DNA from: Hemiscyllium ocellatum
Taxonomy: Eukaryota
NCBI RefSeq assembly: GCF_020745735.1
Contig: NW_026867492.1
Span: 124,001-188,000, forward strand
Direction of reading: 5' to 3'
DNA: 64,000 nucleotides
Of the stretch, positions 57,625-64,000 are shown piece after piece. The translations under genes were made by a program, and so were the position numbers. The notes under the pieces are model-generated. The model was not told the origin of the DNA. It did no database searches and was given only the letters and a program-made list of their open reading frames with translations. Position 1 is the stretch's first letter, and each line of letters begins with the position of its first letter.

Positions 57625-58115
57625 CCCCACCAATCCCAAAGCTTGTGGTCGGTACCGACCAATCGGAGAGAGAGATTGCAGAGGGTGGGACAACATGACA
57701 CACAAACACGGCCGCTATTGGTCAGGTGGAGACAGGTGCGCTCTGATTGGAGGAGGGGCGGATGACGCGCGTCACAGGAGGAGACGATGGAAAGAAGAAG
57801 AAAAACAAAAATGGCGGCGCGAGGCTGCGGTTTCTGACGGAGGGAGGGGGGCAGACAGGCATCGTTTACCTCAGAAAATACCTTTAAAATACATTTCACA
57901 TTAAAGTCGGAACTTTTCAAACAAGAGGTGACGGTTACCAGGTGAACGGGAAAACAAATTAAAACTGTCGGCGGTGGAGGAGAGAGAGCCGGCGCCCGCG
58001 GCTTCTTCGGCGGCGGCCGGAGCCCAGGAGCTCAACAACCCCCCGGAGCTGGAGGAAGGTCCGAGCTCCAAGAAGCGGGGGGTCCGGCTGGAGGCTGGAT
58101 TTACTCAAGGCTTGT
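57625..58115 (+). promoter_or_regulatory. CpG-rich promoter (copy of 3390-3880)
   Basis: Same CCAAT, GC-box and YY1 (57808-57818) motifs. Confidence 0.65.
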
Positions 58116-61100
58116 ATCTATTAACTTATTTAAATGGTACCTACTGTATGGGGGTATGGTTTACATTAAAACCGGAGGATCATGTCAGAGTGTTTGTTTA
58201 TATTGAGCAGTTGTAGTTGGTAAAATACACTCCCTGGAGGAACACCTTCTATGATGCTGCATTTCTTACCTTCTGCCCTTCCCCCATTTGTTATCTCTCA
58301 TCTCAATTTTACATTTTCGGTCAAATTTAATTTCACATTAATCAGCCTTGGTATTCATTGTGTATTATTAATTAATCTGTTGGATTATTGTAAGACAAAA
58401 TTAATGGTGTAATTTCGTTTATGATGTCTGAGTTTGACATTGAATGTGCAGGTGTGAATACCAGTACGGTGTAAAAATAAATCAAGAGCTTGTCCTTTTT
58501 TAACAAAAAAAGGAGTTTAATGATATTATTGGCACTGTCTCCTTGAGCATGATGATTCAAATCTGAGCAACAAACCATTTCATGCAGTCACCCAGTTTAA
58601 TTCAAGTCGAAGAAAATAATTCTGGCAGGCTAAGATTTATACAACCCAAAATATGATTGATTATCTTGTGTATTCTTACCTTTAAGCCGTAACAGAAGGC
58701 ATTGCGTGGCAGTTTGAGACTGAAACACGGCTGGAAAGAATGTAGATTGATGAGGAAAATCAAATGGCAGAGTCTGAATCTGTCAGTCTGGCTTGATTGC
58801 ATGAGTGGTGGTTCTTCAAAAGCATCTTCCAAGCCATGACCTCAACCACCAAGAACAGAGAAGTGTGAACACAGGATTCCGACTGCAAGATATATCGCAT
58901 TGCTTCTTTGTTATTGACCAAAATGCTGGAACTCACTCCTGAACATTGTTGCAGACCACACCATGTTTGTGAAGCAATTTAAGAGGCAGCTCAGCACCAC
59001 CTTTTCAAGGTCAGTTTGGAAAGAGTTGTTGGCACAGCCAATGATATTCACATCTCATGAAATAGTAAGCAAAGAGCCCAGGGTGTTGGAGGCTGAATGT
59101 TAGCATGGATAGAGGATTGGCTAACTACCACAGTTGTGGTAAGGGGCATGTTCAGGATGGCAACTTGTAACTTGTGGTGTACCACAGGGATCAGCGCTGG
59201 GGTCAACATTATTTACAATATGTATACGAATTACTTGGATAAGTAAAGTGACTGTACTATTGCTAAGTTTGCAGAAGAGACAGTTGATGTGAAAGCAGGT
59301 GGTGAGGATGACATTAGATATCTGGAGAGGGATATAGACAGGTTAAGCAAATGAACGAAAGCTTGGCAGATGGGAAAATGAGGTCATGCAGTTTGTCAGG
59401 AGGTGAAGAACTGAATATTAAATGGAGAAAACTTGAGAGGGATTTGGAATCACATCCACGAATCTCTTCATCCAATTTCAGTAAGTAATAGGGAGGCAAA
59501 TGGGAGTTTGGCCTTTTCAACAGAGTATAAATGTAGAAAGGTTATAGTGAACCTTTGTAAGGCCCTAGTCAGGCCACAAGTGAATACTATGAACAGTTTA
59601 GGACCCTTTTACCTGAGGAAAGATATATTGGCATTGGAGGCAGTCCAGAGATGGTTGACCATGATGATATCAGGGATGGAAAGAATGTCTTATGAGGAGA
59701 ACTGAATAGGTTGGGCCTGTGCTTATTAGAAGTTAGAAGAATTAGAGGTAACCTTATTGTCACGTACAAGATTCTGAGGAGACTTGACAGGCTGGACGTG
59801 GGAAAGTGGGTGAGTCTGGGACCAGAGGAAGTAACCTCCAAATAAGAGATTGCATGTTTAGGACAGATAGGAATTACTCCTGAGGGCAGTAAATCTGTGG
59901 AACTTGATACTAAAAGGGCTGTTGAGCCTGGGTTGTTATGTGCATTCAAGGCTGAGATAGTGTTTGTTTTAATCAGTAAGCGAATTGAGGATTACTGAGG
60001 ATTATGGGACAATGGCAGAAAAGTGGAGTAAATGTTTACCAGAATAATTGTGATCTGAATGAATGGCAGAGTCAACTCAATGGGCTGAATTGAACAGTAA
60101 ATACTAATGAGGAAAAGGATACAACTGGCAATTACAGACCAGTCAATGTTGGGAAGCCTAGAGATTGTAGGGAGTTGGTGGCATTTGGGCATTGTTACTG
60201 GATTTAACATCTGGAGTTTCAAAATGATGCTGCTATGGCCGCGATGCAATTTGAAATCAATTTATGTATCTGGAATATAAAGCTGCTTTGATGATCTTAT
60301 CAATTGTCATAAGTACCGATCTTGTTCACTAATAACCTTGTTTTTAAGGAAGGAAATCTTCAGTCCTTTCCCAGTTTGGTGAATGTGTCACTCTTGATCC
60401 AAAGTCATGTGATTGACTCTTAACTGCCCTCTGAATTGGCACTTGGTTCTTTTAGGAGACAAAGTGTCACATTCCATGAATGAATAAAGAAAAATATTCA
60501 GGACAAGATTGTCACTGTCAGTGAAGGGAAGATTGTGATCTAGTGATACTGGTTAAGTAGCCCAGAGATTTCGGTTTTCTGAGAACAAAAATTAAAATCC
60601 CATCCTGGATGCTAGTGGACTTTATTTTCAATGAATAAAAAGATCAGGAAGTGAGAGTTTGTCTCAGTACTGGCAACAAGGAAACCATTATTGGCTAAGA
60701 CAATGAATTGCAGATGTTGGAGATCAGCAACAATTGCTGGGAAACTGCAGCAGGTCTGGCAGCATCTGTGGAAAGAAAACAATTAATGTTTTGAATCCAG
60801 CCTAATTTTGAAGGACCACCGGACTCAAAACAGTAACACTGTCGTCTCCTCATAGATGCTGCCAGAACTATTGCTTTTGTCCAATCATTACTGATTGTTG
60901 TGAAAGTATTCTTTTCGGGAGGGAAATCTACCATTCACAACCCTACACATGTGTGCGCACGCTCACATCATGTGACTCCAGACCTACTACAATGTGGTTG
61001 ACTCTCAACTAAGTTCTAGCATGTAGCCAATTGCTCGGTCAAAAGGCCATGAAGGATGGTGAGCAAATGTTGGACATGCGAGCAACAATCCCATCCCTCA

Positions 61101-62768
61101 AAATATTTTCTTATATATTATAAAGCATAAGTTAATGAAGGACAGCCAAAACAAACTGCTATGGGAAGGTCATGCCCAACTAACTTGATTTGCTTGTAGT
61201 TATAAATGTTGTTTTTAAAATCTTCTTCAGCGAGGACATTGGTTCCATCATTGTTGCAATACTGCATGCAATTCTGTGCTTTCTGATACAGGAAGGGTGT
61301 TATGAAATTTGAAAGGGTTCAGAAAACATTTACAAGGATGCTGCCAGGGCTGGAGGGTTTGAGCTACAGGAAGAGGCTGAATAGATTGGGGCTGTTTTCC
61401 CTGGAGCTTTGGAGGCTGAGGAGTGACTTTAAAGACATTTATAAAATCATGAGAGGCATGGGTAGGGTAAATAGGCAAGGTCTTTTCCCTTGGGTGGGGG
61501 AATCCAAAATTAGAGGGCATAGGTTTAAGTTAATGGCAAATGGAGTTTAATATAGATAAGTGTGAGTTCTTATATTTTGTATCGTCAAATCAAGACAGGA
61601 ATTCCATGGTGAATAGTAGGACTTTAAGGAGTGTAATGGAACGTAGGGATCTTGGAAGGACTCTAGCAAATTAGAGTCGAGATAAGCACCAAATAATAAC
61701 ACATACCAACAAGCACCAAATCTGTTTCATATGCAGGATTTCAAACCAAGAGATGTAGGGGTGCAGGTTCATCGCACCTGGAAAGTGGAGTCATGGGTAG
61801 ACAGGGCGGTGAAGAAGACTTTTGGCATGTTTGCTTTCATCAGTCAGAGTACTGAGTACAGGAGTTGGGATGAATTATTGCAGCTGTCATAGATTTCACA
61901 TAACAACACAAGATGTAACCCTGCCCTCCCCTGACTGACCGTCCCTTTGCATATCAGGGGGAAGATGCCCATTTAATTGTGATGATCAGGAAACATGCCA
62001 TCCTTCAAAAACAGGGCTGTGTTCACAAATATTTGGACAGAGGAAGGAAGTTGAAGTTTGGGTGAAGATCAATCTTCATTCAGAGAGAGAAGAAGAGCAG
62101 CAGCAGCTTCTGAAATTCATGGTCCAACTTCTGAAAAGACCTTGTCTGATTTGCAGTTGTTTCTGGGCTTGTAATACCGTACTGCAGCATATTGTAGATC
62201 TTCAGTAAGAACGTCAATACTGCACTAGAGGTCCATTCAGCAAGTTGAGTCCATGTGAACTCTTTGTTGAGGTATGCAGTCTGCCCCATAACCCTGTTGG
62301 TTTACAGTTACATATAGATCTACACAAAGATCTTTGGGATTGAGAGGAAAGAATGTTCCACAGTAACTAGAATTACGTTTAGATTTTCTGTCATGGACTG
62401 ACTGTGATGACCCTTGCAATCACTTCACAAGAATATTACAAGAGAAGAATTTGGAGGCAGAAATCTCAGACCAAATATCACATCAAAGTCTGACAGTCAC
62501 TTGATTCACGAGGACGTGGATATTGATGGCCTTGAAAACAAAGAGGAGAAAGTCTGTCTGCTTAGTTAGGTTTTAAACGTCAGTGTGACTGGAACCTTAG
62601 AGTCTCACATACCCACACACCAGAGTAGTGACTGGAACAAGCTTTACAGACTGAATGAGAGTGTTCCAATTATCAGAGGGTTCACCAGTAACACCACACA
62701 CATGCTATAAGTGTGAGCGAGTTTTCAACTGATTGTTAAGGTCAGAGACAGACGAGGGCACCTGTACC

Positions 62769-63275
62769 ATGGAGAAACCGTGGAAATGTGGGGAGTGTGG
62801 GAATGGTTTCCCTTCGCTATCTGCGCTGGAGATTCATTGGCGTTTGCACGTCGGGCAGCGGCTATTCACCTGTACTCACTGCAGGAAAGGCTTCACTCAG
62901 TTACACCACCTCCTGGCCCCCCAGTGGGTCCACACCAGCAAGAACCCGTTCATCTGCCCCGTGTGTGGGCAGGGCTTCACTCAGTCACACCAGCTGTTGC
63001 CGCACCAGCGGATGCACACCGGAGAGAAACCATTTTCCTGCTCCGTGTGCGGGAAGGGCTACACCCGGTCGTATCACCTGCTGCTCGGCTTCCACGTCCA
63101 CACTGGGAAGAAGCCGTTCACCTGTCCCGTGTGGAGCAATGACTTCTGTGATTCCTCCACCCTGCACAAACACCAGCGCATCCACACCAAGGAGCAGCCG
63201 TTCACCTGTCCAGTGTGTGGGAAGGGCTTCACCCAGTCGTGCAACTTGTGGAGACACCAGCAACTTCACAAGTGA
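62769..63275 (+). CDS. Degenerate 6-finger C2H2 ORF (ZNF-B, copy 2)
   Basis: Translation identical to 8534-9040. Confidence 0.65.
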   Translation: MEKPWKCGECGNGFPSLSALEIHWRLHVGQRLFTCTHCRKGFTQLHHLLAPQWVHTSKNPFICPVCGQGFTQSHQLLPHQRMHTGEKPFSCSVCGKGYTRSYHLLLGFHVHTGKKPFTCPVWSNDFCDSSTLHKHQRIHTKEQPFTCPVCGKGFTQSCNLWRHQQLHK

Positions 63276-64000
63276 GATTGCGCAGGGATTCAGGTTGGAT
63301 TCTGCTGTTACCGCTGCTGAGAGTCACATCTTGAACCCTGTTTAGTGGGTGAAGTGGGAGGGGTAAGGGGTTCCTTTATGCTGACTGGTCGCTCTCACAC
63401 CCACTTTACTTCCAATGGGGGCTGATGCTCTCTGAGCCTGGGATTGCACCATCCCTACGGAACAGTCCACAGAAGTGGCTGAAGTGCATTTAGATCTGAA
63501 ATAGATACATTTGTCTCTGTCCCATTGAGTCTCCAGCACAGTCGATCCAATTGGCCTCTGTCAGTGTTTATGCTACACCTGAGCATCCACCCACCCCTTC
63601 ATCAGCATACAGGTATCCCCTGTTTTTGGAAGTTCACTTTACCCCCTACCCCCTCCCCATCCAAGCCTGTGCCAATTCTTAATCCTAACTTAGATCTGCT
63701 ATTTATTGCCGATGTGTGGTTCCTGTCCCTGTATTCACCTCCCATTCATGTGTCTATCCAGATATACCTTAAGTGTTGCTAAGGTGCCTCTTTCCACTCC
63801 ATCCAATGGCAATGCATTCCAGGCATCCAGCATCCAACTGTGTGAAAAATCTTCCCTTTCAATTCTCCCCCAGACTGTCCCCTTCTCGCCTTGAACCTGT
63901 GCCCTCTTGTAGTTGACTTTTCCACTCTGGGGAGAGGGAAAGCCTCTGACTATCTAACAGACTATCTGGCCCAACACCAAACATCCAAAGAATAATCCAC

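Larger units (their letters stand above)
54236..64000 (+). repeat. Copy 2 of the duplication; contains all elements listed for 1-9765 at +54235
   Basis: Near base-for-base identity with 1-9765. Confidence 0.97.

Overview
Vertebrate (eukaryotic) genomic DNA. It is almost certainly from a shark or other elasmobranch, judged from HE1/V-SINEs with (TCTAA)n tails, DeuSINE-like elements, dense CR1 LINEs and Penelope-like elements. The window is a repeat-rich cluster of C2H2 (Kruppel-type, TGERP-linker) zinc-finger genes with no recognisable KRAB, SCAN or BTB domain. It holds an intact 13-finger gene (225-1400), a degenerate 6-finger ORF (8534-9040), and two minus-strand paralogues each broken by one nonsense codon (16336-17388, 24910-25542). 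Bases 1-9765 recur almost identically at 54236-64000 (offset 54,235 bp; one substitution seen). Between the ZNF genes are: a near full-length CR1 with a solo LTR inside ORF1; a CpG-island fragment that is a decayed QSOX (sulfhydryl oxidase) exon 1; a deleted class-I (gamma/epsilon-like) endogenous retrovirus with a tRNA-Ser PBS and an apparent 2H-phosphoesterase insert between protease and RT; two Penelope-like RT elements (one with a GIY-YIG endonuclease); and many Penelope-derived short repeats carrying minimal hammerhead-ribozyme motifs. One of these motifs has a complete core, and another is fixed in the inferred 5' UTR of three ZNF paralogues. All calls are by eye from the sequence and ORF track; no database search was run, and repeat boundaries are approximate.
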